Positions 48,401-57,114 of a DNA stretch of 64,000 bases are shown one piece after another. The translations under genes were made by a program, and so were the position numbers. The notes under the pieces are model-generated. The model saw only the letters and a program-made list of their open reading frames with translations. It had not been told where the DNA came from and did not search any database. The stretch's first letter is position 1; every line of letters begins with the position of its first letter. This DNA is from Candidatus Cryptobacteroides sp. (GTDB taxonomy: Bacteria; Bacteroidota; Bacteroidia; Bacteroidales; UBA932): NCBI GenBank assembly GCA_045640445.1, contig JAZUFA010000056.1, forward strand, positions 4,208 through 68,207, written 5' to 3'.

Positions 48401-49227
48401 TTTCCAAATAATCTGCGAAGGGCAACGCCACAACTATGCTTGATGCGCTGAAGTTTCGGATGCTTTATCTTGAATTCATATTTTCGGCAGAAGGCATGGT
48501 ACTTCCCACCAAAGAAAGAGTCCATTGCACGCAGATCTGCCACCAAGGCAGCCTTCTTCTCGCCGTCCGTCAAGCCGGCCCACTGGCCCTTGTCCGATAT
48601 GCGGTAGACAGATGTCTGCTGGCGCAGAATCGCAATCGGCCCGAATTGAGCCATATATGCACCCAGCTCCCAGTCGGCCATATTCAAGTCGTAGAACGGA
48701 TCCGGGATTGACCGCACAAGGCTCCCCCTGAACATGCAGGCGGAGAGGTTCCCGAGCTGATTGCCAGAGCCTAACTGCTCGTCAATACCAACGGTGCGAA
48801 AATCCCCCATGCTACCCCAGCCACCCTCTTTGAACTCGCCACCAGGCATAAGCCTGAAATGACGGTTCATCGACATCGAATACTCTTCATGCGCTGTCAG
48901 GAAATCAATATGCTGCTGGAGATGTCCTTCAAGCCAGTAGTCATCTCCTTCGAGAATGGCGACATAATCCCCCATGCAAGCAGCAAAGGCCTGCTTGTAA
49001 TTCCGGATATATCCGATATTCTTCTCTTTCGGCAGGAATTCAGCCGGGATGCAGGAACCTGCCAGATGCTCCTTGATGATGTCTGGAGTGCCATCGGTCG
49101 AAACATCATCGGCGACGATGAGTTTCAACTTAACGTCTTCAGCGAGTCGTTGAGCAAGAATGCTGTCAACAGCCCTGGCTATGAAGGCTTCCTGATTATA
49201 GGAGATCAGTATGATGTCGAGTTCCAT
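48397..49227 (-). CDS. Glycosyltransferase family 2
   Basis: ISYNQE, ADDVSTD, ILEGDDYW. Start set at ATG 49227. Confidence 0.88.
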   Translation of the reverse strand: MELDIILISYNQEAFIARAVDSILAQRLAEDVKLKLIVADDVSTDGTPDIIKEHLAGSCIPAEFLPKEKNIGYIRNYKQAFAACMGDYVAILEGDDYWLEGHLQQHIDFLTAHEEYSMSMNRHFRLMPGGEFKEGGWGSMGDFRTVGIDEQLGSGNQLGNLSACMFRGSLVRSIPDPFYDLNMADWELGAYMAQFGPIAILRQQTSVYRISDKGQWAGLTDGEKKAALVADLRAMDSFFGGKYHAFCRKYEFKIKHPKLQRIKHSCGVALRRLFGK

Positions 49228-49228
49228 C

Positions 49229-50125
49229 TTACTTCTTTCTGAAAAGTCCCGCAATCTTCTTCACGGGAGCAACTATGGCATTGCCAATACGATATGCCAA
49301 TGAAGCCCTCACCTCGAGCTCCTTGTCATATACGGCCTGATGTACCTGTATGTCAACATACTTGTCAAAGACTCGTTTGGTGTCCTCGTACATGATGGCA
49401 TCCACATCAAGGCCTCTGCGGACGGCTGCCCTGCGGCGGGCATCGAGGTTCCAGTACCAAAGGCGGAAATAATTCTTCTGGTCAGTAGCGATGGAGTGAT
49501 CGTGACCCTTGATGACGTAATTGTAGCAGAACTCGTCGAGCGCCACAATGCCGCCGGCCTCCTCGATCACGAAATAAAGGTCCTGGTCGACTCCGGCATA
49601 AGCCTTGGGATTGATTCCCACAGTCTTGTCATAAAACAACTTCTTGTATGAAGTGAAGTGCATGCAGCCCCACCAGCGATAGTCGAAATAAGTCCTGCCA
49701 CCGCTGAGGTCCGGAAGTTCCGCCTCATCTATGACATTGAAGTTGGTGTCACAGTAATGGGCCTTCGAATACACCACAGAAGCGTTCTCATTCTCAAGAT
49801 GTGCCTTCACATGCTTCTCAAGGGCCTCAGGCAGAAGAGTGTCGTCAGGGTCGAGGAAACCGCAGATCTCTCCGTGGGCCTCGGCGGCGCAACGGTTCTT
49901 GGTGAACCCGCAGCCGCTGTTCTTCTCGTTGAAATAGATATGAATTCTCGGGTCCTCACCAAGTATCTTGTACAATTCAAGAGAGTTGTCGGTGGAACCG
50001 TCGTCCACCAGGATTATCTCCCAGTTAGTGTATGTCTGCTTCCTGACACTTTCGACCGCGTCAGGAAGATAATCGCCATTGTTGTAGTTGGCGACAAGGA
50101 CAGAAAACAGAGGATTATTGTCCAT
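49229..50125 (-). CDS. Glycosyltransferase family 2 with C-terminal amphipathic tail
   Basis: SVLVANYN, VDDGSTD, FLDPDD; C-terminal 'SLAYRIGNAIVAP'. Confidence 0.88.
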   Translation of the reverse strand: MDNNPLFSVLVANYNNGDYLPDAVESVRKQTYTNWEIILVDDGSTDNSLELYKILGEDPRIHIYFNEKNSGCGFTKNRCAAEAHGEICGFLDPDDTLLPEALEKHVKAHLENENASVVYSKAHYCDTNFNVIDEAELPDLSGGRTYFDYRWWGCMHFTSYKKLFYDKTVGINPKAYAGVDQDLYFVIEEAGGIVALDEFCYNYVIKGHDHSIATDQKNYFRLWYWNLDARRRAAVRRGLDVDAIMYEDTKRVFDKYVDIQVHQAVYDKELEVRASLAYRIGNAIVAPVKKIAGLFRKK

Positions 50126-51194
50126 GCTGATTGTCAAGGCTCGCCATGAGCCATTTTTGTGAATTCTCAGACATCTTCTTCAAAGCGGATGTCATATCAT
50201 CGGTGGAACTGCAGCGCAACATATCCGCAGAAGGAGCACCTATCCCGGCAAGGAGTTGCATTACACGGCCACTCAAACCAGGCTGCGATGCATAGAAGAA
50301 AGGCTTCCCGAAAACAAGCGACAATGCCACCCCATGGAAGGAAGACGTGACGACATACTCGGCTGAATAGAGGTCGCGCAGGAAGTCCAGCGGGCCGTGT
50401 GCCAACTTGTCTGACTTTCCTTCAGGGAACTTGAGCACCTGACCGGAATACCGGACAATCGGAAGGCCTCTCTGCTTTGAAAGTTCTGATGCCTTTGCCT
50501 CAACTTCGGGAATATTGCAGAGATTGTAAAGCAGAATATGCCTCTTCGTGCTGTAGTTGTCAAGACCTGCGAGGGTAACCCACTCCTGTGCAGAAAGAAG
50601 GAATACAGGATCACATACAAGCGATGCCGACAGCCCGGCTTTGCCTGCGAGGAACTCCTGAAGGTCCTTTTCCCTGACGCTCAACGCTGCAAATCTGCCA
50701 AGGCTGCCCTTGACGAACTCCACATCCTCTGTTGACCCGGCCTCGATCGGGCCCATGCTTGCCGCATAAGAAAGCATCTTCGTTGCCTGATAGCCACCGC
50801 CACCGAAATACACCGGATTGAAGGACTCGCAACCGGGAAGATGCTGCTTGCGCCAGATCTGGTCGCTGCCGTAGATTATGACATCATATGACTTTGCTGC
50901 CGACAAGCTTAGATTTCTCTTTGCAAAAAGCACACAACTGCGATGTCTTCTGGCAGCCAGGAACTTCATTGCCAGCGCGCGGACCAAGTACTTGACTTTG
51001 CCAGGAATACTCTTGCTTGCAAAGACCGCCTTGTCAAAATACTCGTGACGATAGAGCCCGTCATGATACTCAGGCCAATAGTCGATGACATTCACCTCAT
51101 GTCCCAGACTCGCCACATATGACTTCAGAGCCCATGCCTGAAGCTGGGCACCATAGTTCTGAGACCTGTGATATGTCAGAATACCGACCTTCAT
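50115..51194 (-). CDS. Polysaccharide pyruvyl transferase family protein
   Basis: NYGAQLQAWAL, GSDQIW, SYAASMG, SVRE, DPVFLL, TSSFHG. Start set at ATG 51194. Confidence 0.88.
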   Translation of the reverse strand: MKVGILTYHRSQNYGAQLQAWALKSYVASLGHEVNVIDYWPEYHDGLYRHEYFDKAVFASKSIPGKVKYLVRALAMKFLAARRHRSCVLFAKRNLSLSAAKSYDVIIYGSDQIWRKQHLPGCESFNPVYFGGGGYQATKMLSYAASMGPIEAGSTEDVEFVKGSLGRFAALSVREKDLQEFLAGKAGLSASLVCDPVFLLSAQEWVTLAGLDNYSTKRHILLYNLCNIPEVEAKASELSKQRGLPIVRYSGQVLKFPEGKSDKLAHGPLDFLRDLYSAEYVVTSSFHGVALSLVFGKPFFYASQPGLSGRVMQLLAGIGAPSADMLRCSSTDDMTSALKKMSENSQKWLMASLDNQHGQ

Positions 51195-51199
51195 TGTTT

Positions 51200-52039
51200 T
51201 CACTTGACTAAAAGCACTTCGCGGGTGCAGGACTTGCGGCACAACTTGTGGGCGGCCTGTGCCAGTTTGACAAGCATGAGCACCTGCCAGTTCTTTGCAT
51301 TTCTATCGTTAGATATCCAATTGGGGGTCTTCGGAGACCAGCAGGCGCCGCCGATCCTGATACCCTTCAACCGGTTCATAACGTCAGAGTCACAACGCTT
51401 GAACACCGACCCTGCACTGGGCTTCGAGCCGTCCTGAGTATTTGTCACAAGGGAAATCCTGTCACGTATGGCCGCCTCGACCTGCTCTGCAGGAATGCTG
51501 TCCATCTTGAGAACCACTTTTAGAATTATCATCCCATTCCCGCAAAATACCGAATGCCTGTGGGCAAACTCACAGTCAGCCTTGCCGAGTGTGACAATGT
51601 CACCCGTCGCAGGGTCGAAGCATTCAACTGATACCACAAAATCGGCAATCGACTGGTGGAATACCTCTGCCCGGCCGGCATTCATATATACTGCGCCGCC
51701 CACCGTGCAGGGCACGGAAAAGAGATACTCCATGCCTCCAAGATTGCTGCTCTGCATTGTACGGATCAACTTCTGGATACGGACTGATGCGGAGCACCCG
51801 ACCATGTTGCCTGAGACAGAGATTTCATCCACCATCTCCGACAGAAGAATCACAGTCTTGTGCAACTTTGCGGGCAGTATCACATTACTGCCTCCCGCAA
51901 GGATGAAATACGGGCCGGACTGCTGCCTTACTGATTCTACAAGCTCTCCTGCACTCCCGGGAAAGAGCACGGTATCGGCGACACAATGCAGGCGCATCGT
52001 GTTGTGGCTGTAGAGATCATATCCGTGTTCAGTCCTCAT
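51200..52039 (-). CDS. MurB-like FAD-dependent enolpyruvyl reductase paralogue
   Basis: GGSNVI, PCTVGGAVYMNAG, FAHRHS, PSAGSVFK, IGGA-x2-S, C-terminal REV; 279 aa, short type-II-like. Confidence 0.85.
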   Translation of the reverse strand: MRTEHGYDLYSHNTMRLHCVADTVLFPGSAGELVESVRQQSGPYFILAGGSNVILPAKLHKTVILLSEMVDEISVSGNMVGCSASVRIQKLIRTMQSSNLGGMEYLFSVPCTVGGAVYMNAGRAEVFHQSIADFVVSVECFDPATGDIVTLGKADCEFAHRHSVFCGNGMIILKVVLKMDSIPAEQVEAAIRDRISLVTNTQDGSKPSAGSVFKRCDSDVMNRLKGIRIGGACWSPKTPNWISNDRNAKNWQVLMLVKLAQAAHKLCRKSCTREVLLVK

Positions 52040-53306
52040 CCGTTATTGCAAAATATCCTGAATTGGACTTTGTAAAGGACGTACCGGTGTAAAGGCTGCA
52101 GTATCCCTCCTTGTGCACTTTCATTATGCGGGGCATATCGACAAGATTTCCACCGTTCGAATCATTCAGTTTGAGAGAAAGATAGTATGATCCGTTGACA
52201 AGGTTTTTGGGCAGATAGACTTTCTCCCTGATTATGTGCTTTCCTGAATCCAGACGGTAGATATGTCCGGCGCCGCTCTGGGAAGAGAACGATGCCACCA
52301 TATCACTGCCCTCGAACAGAGAAGCAACCAGATAAATATCGTGATGGGTCGTAGCCGAAAGCTCCACCTCGATATCGAGCGCATTGTCTGAATCCTTTGT
52401 CAGGATATAGAGTTCCGGAGCTTTTCCACCGACTTTAAGGTCGAGTATTTCGATATCCTTGGCCTTGTACTGCACATCCCGCAAGATGCTGAAGCTGTCC
52501 GCATCGCCACGCTCACAGGATGAGTAATAATAGCCTATGCATTCATCTGTATTGCCCATGAATCCGATGGTTCCCTTGTCGAGCAGCACGCATGACTTGC
52601 ACAGGGTGGAGATGCTCGCCATGTTGTGGCTCACGAACAGGACGGTACGTCCTTCTCCCCTGCTGACGTCCTGCATTTTGGCAATTGCCTTCTTCTGGAA
52701 CTCGGCGTCACCTACTGCAAGAACCTCGTCGACGACAAGGATCTCCGGTTCGAGATGAGCGGCAACGGCAAAGCCCAGACGTACGGTCATTCCGGAAGAA
52801 TATCGCTTTACAGGAGTGTCAAGATATCTCTCGCAACCGGAAAAGTCGACTATCTCATCAAGTTTGGCTGTGATTTCCTGTTTGGTCATACCCATGATGG
52901 CGCCGTTGAGATAGATGTTCTCGCGGCCTGTCATCTCGGGATGGAAGCCGGTGCCGACCTCGAGAAGGGAACCGATACGCCCGCGGGCGCGGATAGTGCC
53001 CGTGGTGGGTGCGGTGACCTTCGAGAGGAGTTTGAGCAACGTACTTTTGCCAGCACCGTTCTTGCCGATGATACCGACAACATCGCCCTGCTCAACCTTG
53101 AAGTCGATGTCCCGGAGAGCCCAGACGAACTCGCTGTCGGCTGCTGATGATCGGTCATTGACGGAGCCTATCTTGAGGAAAGGATCCTCCTTGTGACGTA
53201 CGTTCATTGTCCACCAACGATTGAGGTCAGCGCCGAGTGTCCTGGTTGACACAAGGCCAAGTCTGTACTGCTTGCTGATATTGTTGAATTCTATTGCTGT
53301 TGCCAT
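52029..53306 (-). CDS. wzt: Polysaccharide ABC transporter ATPase with C-terminal extension
   Basis: GKNGAGKST, YSSGM, VVDEVLAVGD, VSH; about 160-aa Wzt_C-like tail. Start set at ATG 53306. Confidence 0.93.
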   Translation of the reverse strand: MATAIEFNNISKQYRLGLVSTRTLGADLNRWWTMNVRHKEDPFLKIGSVNDRSSAADSEFVWALRDIDFKVEQGDVVGIIGKNGAGKSTLLKLLSKVTAPTTGTIRARGRIGSLLEVGTGFHPEMTGRENIYLNGAIMGMTKQEITAKLDEIVDFSGCERYLDTPVKRYSSGMTVRLGFAVAAHLEPEILVVDEVLAVGDAEFQKKAIAKMQDVSRGEGRTVLFVSHNMASISTLCKSCVLLDKGTIGFMGNTDECIGYYYSSCERGDADSFSILRDVQYKAKDIEILDLKVGGKAPELYILTKDSDNALDIEVELSATTHHDIYLVASLFEGSDMVASFSSQSGAGHIYRLDSGKHIIREKVYLPKNLVNGSYYLSLKLNDSNGGNLVDMPRIMKVHKEGYCSLYTGTSFTKSNSGYFAITDED

Positions 53307-53324
53307 ACGTAATCCTCCCTGCAA

Positions 53325-54209
53325 TTAAACCGTATCCATGAAATTCTTCTGGACCCTGTTGAATACAACCACTCCAAGGGATATGAGAACCACCATGAAG
53401 ACGAAGCTGTATATGAGCCAGCGCCAGCCCACGAAATCGCCGCAACCGAGGAACCCGTACTTAAAAGTCTCGATGATGGGAGTTACAGGGTTCAGACACA
53501 TGAGCGTATGTACGGGGATGCCACACCACACCATGCTATTAGTCTTACTGAGAGGATAGACGATAGGAGTAGCGTACATCCACAACTGCACAATAAAACT
53601 GAAAAGCACCTGCAAGTCGCGATATTTAGTGGTCATGGCAGAGATAAGAGTACCGAACCCGAGGGCAAGGCCGGCCAGCATTGCAACCAGTACAGGGAAC
53701 ATCAGAGCATACCAGGTGAAATGGGCCTGACAAGTCGGATCGAAGATTGAATATACGACATAGACTATCGCGAAGAAGCCGAACTGGATGCCGAATCTTA
53801 CGAGACCGCTGAGGACGTCGGCGATTGGCACCGCGAGACGGGGAAAATAGACCTTGCCGAAGATTCCGGCATTGTTCACGAAAGTGTTCGAGGTCTTGTT
53901 CAGGCAGTCGGCGAAGTACTGCCACATGCAGGTACCGGCCAGATAGAACAGAGGACGGGCGATGCCGTCGGTGGGGATGCCGGCGATGCCGCCGAAGACG
54001 ATCATGTACATGATCACGGTCAGGGCGGGCTGCACGACGAACCATACAGGGCCGAGGATGGTCTGCTTGTATTGGGTTATTATGTTACGCTTGATGAAAA
54101 GGGAGATGAGGTCCCTGTATTGCCAGATTTCCTTGAGGTTGACCTCAAAGAGGTTGTTCTTAGGCTTGATGACAGTTGTCCACTGCCCGGAGTCTTGTGT
54201 CTTTTTCAT
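53325..54209 (-). CDS. wzm: Polysaccharide ABC transporter permease
   Basis: QYKQTILGPVW, KVYFPRL, KYRDL, YATPIVYP, NPVTPII. Start set at ATG 54209. Confidence 0.93.
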   Translation of the reverse strand: MKKTQDSGQWTTVIKPKNNLFEVNLKEIWQYRDLISLFIKRNIITQYKQTILGPVWFVVQPALTVIMYMIVFGGIAGIPTDGIARPLFYLAGTCMWQYFADCLNKTSNTFVNNAGIFGKVYFPRLAVPIADVLSGLVRFGIQFGFFAIVYVVYSIFDPTCQAHFTWYALMFPVLVAMLAGLALGFGTLISAMTTKYRDLQVLFSFIVQLWMYATPIVYPLSKTNSMVWCGIPVHTLMCLNPVTPIIETFKYGFLGCGDFVGWRWLIYSFVFMVVLISLGVVVFNRVQKNFMDTV

Positions 54210-54276
54210 AGCACGGCTTCGCCCTCGTGGGTCCCATATGCACACGCGCGCATAGTAACCCCCGGGTATAATTACA

Positions 54277-54284
54277 CAAAAATA
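54277..54284 (-). promoter_or_regulatory. Candidate internal -7 element (TATTTTTG) upstream of wzm
   Basis: TAnnTTTG match in the only ~100-bp gap of the locus. Confidence 0.55.
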
Positions 54285-54310
54285 GAAATTTTGCGTAAAT
54301 ATACCAATTT

Positions 54311-55480
54311 CTAGTGGGACCTTTTCCTATGGAAAAGAATATTGGAGATGCTGCCGAAGAAATATTTCACATCCGTGCGGAAAGGAGCACGCAGATATGC
54401 CTCTATATAGCGGCGCTCGGACTCCTGGACTTCCTCCAGGGTTTTAGGTGTTTCCTTCTCGTAATAGAACGGAGGGAAAAGGCCTGGTTTAACCTGCGTC
54501 CTGAGCTTCTGCATCTCGGGAGAATACAGACTGAAATAGTGCCTTGAAAGCGGACGCACGCCCACCAGTTTCATCTGGCCCTTGAAGAGGTTTATGAACA
54601 TCGGGATCTCGTCGAGCCAGCAGGAACGGAGAAGCCTGCCTATCTCGTTCACACGGTAATCGTCAGCGAACTTGCCGCCTTCCCTCAGCCCGCCATGCTC
54701 GTACATATAAGGCTGCAAATACTCTGAGTAAGAGTACATTGTGCGGAACTTGTAGACACCGATGATATTACCATCCTTGCTGACACGAGGTAACTTTATC
54801 AGAGCTCCACAACTGGGTTCGTCGTCCCATATGGGCGCCTTGACCTTGCGGGCAAGCACGAAGAATTCACCGAAGCGGAAGCCTTCGTCAACCACCTCGA
54901 AGCCGGCTCTGTATAACCGGCCCATGACCTCGACCCTGTGGTAGGTTCTGTTGCGTCCTTTTGTAACCCAGAAATAGAACCATTTCGTGAGCTTGAGCTT
55001 GGGACACACACGATGCCAAAGGTAATGAAGGGCATAAAGGAACCATCCGACAGGTTTTGAATGCCTGTCGCGTATCATGCGCTTCTTCATCATCGCCGTA
55101 GTCGCATGGCACATAAGATACCCTCCATCCGCAAGAGATTCGTTGGCGCGGTTGAGGAAAGTATTCAGATGCCTTATGCGGTTCAGCCTCTTGTGCGAGA
55201 AGAAAAACTGAGGATTCTTGTAGGCAAACTGGCGCACGATATCGCCGCTGTCGGTGTCAAGCAGAACAGTGCTCTCCTGAAGCTCTCCGGCATGGGCGAG
55301 AAGCCATGGCCAGAGTTCATATCGGGGCAACTTTTTAGAAGCCTCATAGACCCTCAGGACATCGGGATTCTCAACCGACGAAATGTCGAGCTTAGCACCC
55401 GTGTCGGAGCCGTGTTCGGTGTATTTTGAGAGGTCGGGATCATACTGCAGTCTGACCCAAGGTTTCTTCTTGAAAATCAT
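54311..55480 (-). CDS. Priming phosphoglycosyl transferase (bacterial sugar transferase) with atypical N-terminal domain
   Basis: YKFRTMY, DYRVNEIGRLLR, LDEIP, MKLVGVRP, VKPG. Confidence 0.85.
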   Translation of the reverse strand: MIFKKKPWVRLQYDPDLSKYTEHGSDTGAKLDISSVENPDVLRVYEASKKLPRYELWPWLLAHAGELQESTVLLDTDSGDIVRQFAYKNPQFFFSHKRLNRIRHLNTFLNRANESLADGGYLMCHATTAMMKKRMIRDRHSKPVGWFLYALHYLWHRVCPKLKLTKWFYFWVTKGRNRTYHRVEVMGRLYRAGFEVVDEGFRFGEFFVLARKVKAPIWDDEPSCGALIKLPRVSKDGNIIGVYKFRTMYSYSEYLQPYMYEHGGLREGGKFADDYRVNEIGRLLRSCWLDEIPMFINLFKGQMKLVGVRPLSRHYFSLYSPEMQKLRTQVKPGLFPPFYYEKETPKTLEEVQESERRYIEAYLRAPFRTDVKYFFGSISNILFHRKRSH

Positions 55481-56598
55481 AATGCAGCAAGGAGCTTACA
55501 ACAAACGGTATCTATCTGTTCCTCAGTCAAATACGGATGCATTGGCAATGCCAGAGCACGCTGGCAGAGAGACTCTGCAAGAGGGCAGGAACGCAGCCCT
55601 TCAGAGCCCTCGAAAGCCTTCTGGAGATGCATCGGAAGGGGGTAATATACCATGGTTGGAATGCCCTCTTCCTTCAGGGATTTTTGCACATTTTCGCGCT
55701 GCTCGGAAGACTCCAAAAGTATGGAATATTGAGCCCAGCTGGAGCCGTATCCGGTCGGAATTGAAGGCACTTTGACAGCCCCCGAAAGGCGCTCGGAATA
55801 TGCTTTTGCAGCTGAGTTCACGTCCTCAAGTTCATACGCCTTGAAGGCCTTCAATTTCTCAAGGAGAACAGCCGCCTGAACCGTATCGAGACGGGAGTTC
55901 ATACCTATGCGGACATTCTCGTACTTGCAGTTTCCCTTGCCGTGAACACGGTAGCTGTCCATCAGTGCCGCCCACTCGTCATTGTCGGTGAAAACGGCCC
56001 CTCCGTCACCATAGCAGCCTAGTGGTTTTGCCGGGAAGAAGGACGTGGTGGCTATGTCGCCGAAAGAGCAGGCGCGGCGGCCGTCCATGCTGCCGCCAAA
56101 GCCCTGCGCGCCGTCTTCAAGGACAAGAAGGCCATAGGTGTCAGCGATCTCCCTTATGCGCCTGAAATCGGCAGGAAGGCCGAAAAGATCGACTGCAACG
56201 ACAGCCTTCGGCACAAGATTCCCCTCAGCACGGACTTCCACAACAGCCCTCTCGAGGTCAGCAGGATCAATATTGAAGGTATCCTCAAGGACATCGACAA
56301 AGACGGGCGTGGCGCCCTCGGCTGCAACAACCTCAGCGGATGCAAAGAATGTGAAATCAGGAACAAAAACGGCATCGCCGGGGCCGACGCCCCAGGCCTT
56401 AAGCGCCAATGCAAGCGCATCCGTGCCGTTGGCACAGGTCAGGCAATGCTTGACGCCGACATATTCTGCCAGTTCGGCTTCAAGTTGTTTGACCTCGGGG
56501 CCCATGATGTAGTGTCCGCCGGCCACAGCCTTGAGAATCGCAGCATCGATGCTTTCTGAAAGCATCTCATGCTGCTTGCGCAAATCCCTGAATTCCAT
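55477..56598 (-). CDS. wbpE: UDP-3-oxo-GlcNAcA aminotransferase
   Basis: CANGTDAL, EDGAQGFG, TSFFPAKPLGCYGDGG, GMNSRLDT; adjacent to wbpD and wbpA. Confidence 0.85.
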   Translation of the reverse strand: MEFRDLRKQHEMLSESIDAAILKAVAGGHYIMGPEVKQLEAELAEYVGVKHCLTCANGTDALALALKAWGVGPGDAVFVPDFTFFASAEVVAAEGATPVFVDVLEDTFNIDPADLERAVVEVRAEGNLVPKAVVAVDLFGLPADFRRIREIADTYGLLVLEDGAQGFGGSMDGRRACSFGDIATTSFFPAKPLGCYGDGGAVFTDNDEWAALMDSYRVHGKGNCKYENVRIGMNSRLDTVQAAVLLEKLKAFKAYELEDVNSAAKAYSERLSGAVKVPSIPTGYGSSWAQYSILLESSEQRENVQKSLKEEGIPTMVYYPLPMHLQKAFEGSEGLRSCPLAESLCQRALALPMHPYLTEEQIDTVCCKLLAAL

Positions 56599-56606
56599 AG
56601 TACTAA

Positions 56607-57113
56607 CTAGTCTGTCGGGCAGGAGTCAACTCTCTTGCCCTCAGCGTTCACCCACCCTATCTGACGGGCGGGAACACCGGCCATAAGTGCAAAGTCCGGG
56701 ACATCCGTGGTAACAACGGCGCCAGCCGCTATCATGGCGCACCGGCCTACGGTATGGCCGCACACTATCGTGCAATTTGCGCCAAGGGAAGCCCCTTCCT
56801 TAATCAAAGTCCTGTTATAGACCCCATGTACCGGATAGGCGGCACGGGGTACGGTAACGTTGGTGAACACACACGACGGCCCGCAGAAGACGTTGTCTTC
56901 GAGCGTGACGCCGCTGTACACCGACACATTGTTCTGTATCCTGCAGCCATTGCCTATGTGCACGCCGTCCGCAACGTTGACGTTCTGGCCGAGGGAGCAG
57001 TTCTCCCCTATTACCGCGCCAGCCTGGATGTGGCAGAAATGCCACACCTTGGTGCCGTCGCCGATGACAGCCCCTTCGTCAACGTAGGAACTCTCGTGTA
57101 CAAAAACAGCCAT
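56607..57113 (-). CDS. wbpD: UDP-GlcNAc3NA N-acetyltransferase (LbH)
   Basis: [51 protein letters not shown]. Confidence 0.88.
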   Translation of the reverse strand: MAVFVHESSYVDEGAVIGDGTKVWHFCHIQAGAVIGENCSLGQNVNVADGVHIGNGCRIQNNVSVYSGVTLEDNVFCGPSCVFTNVTVPRAAYPVHGVYNRTLIKEGASLGANCTIVCGHTVGRCAMIAAGAVVTTDVPDFALMAGVPARQIGWVNAEGKRVDSCPTD

Positions 57114-57114
57114 G

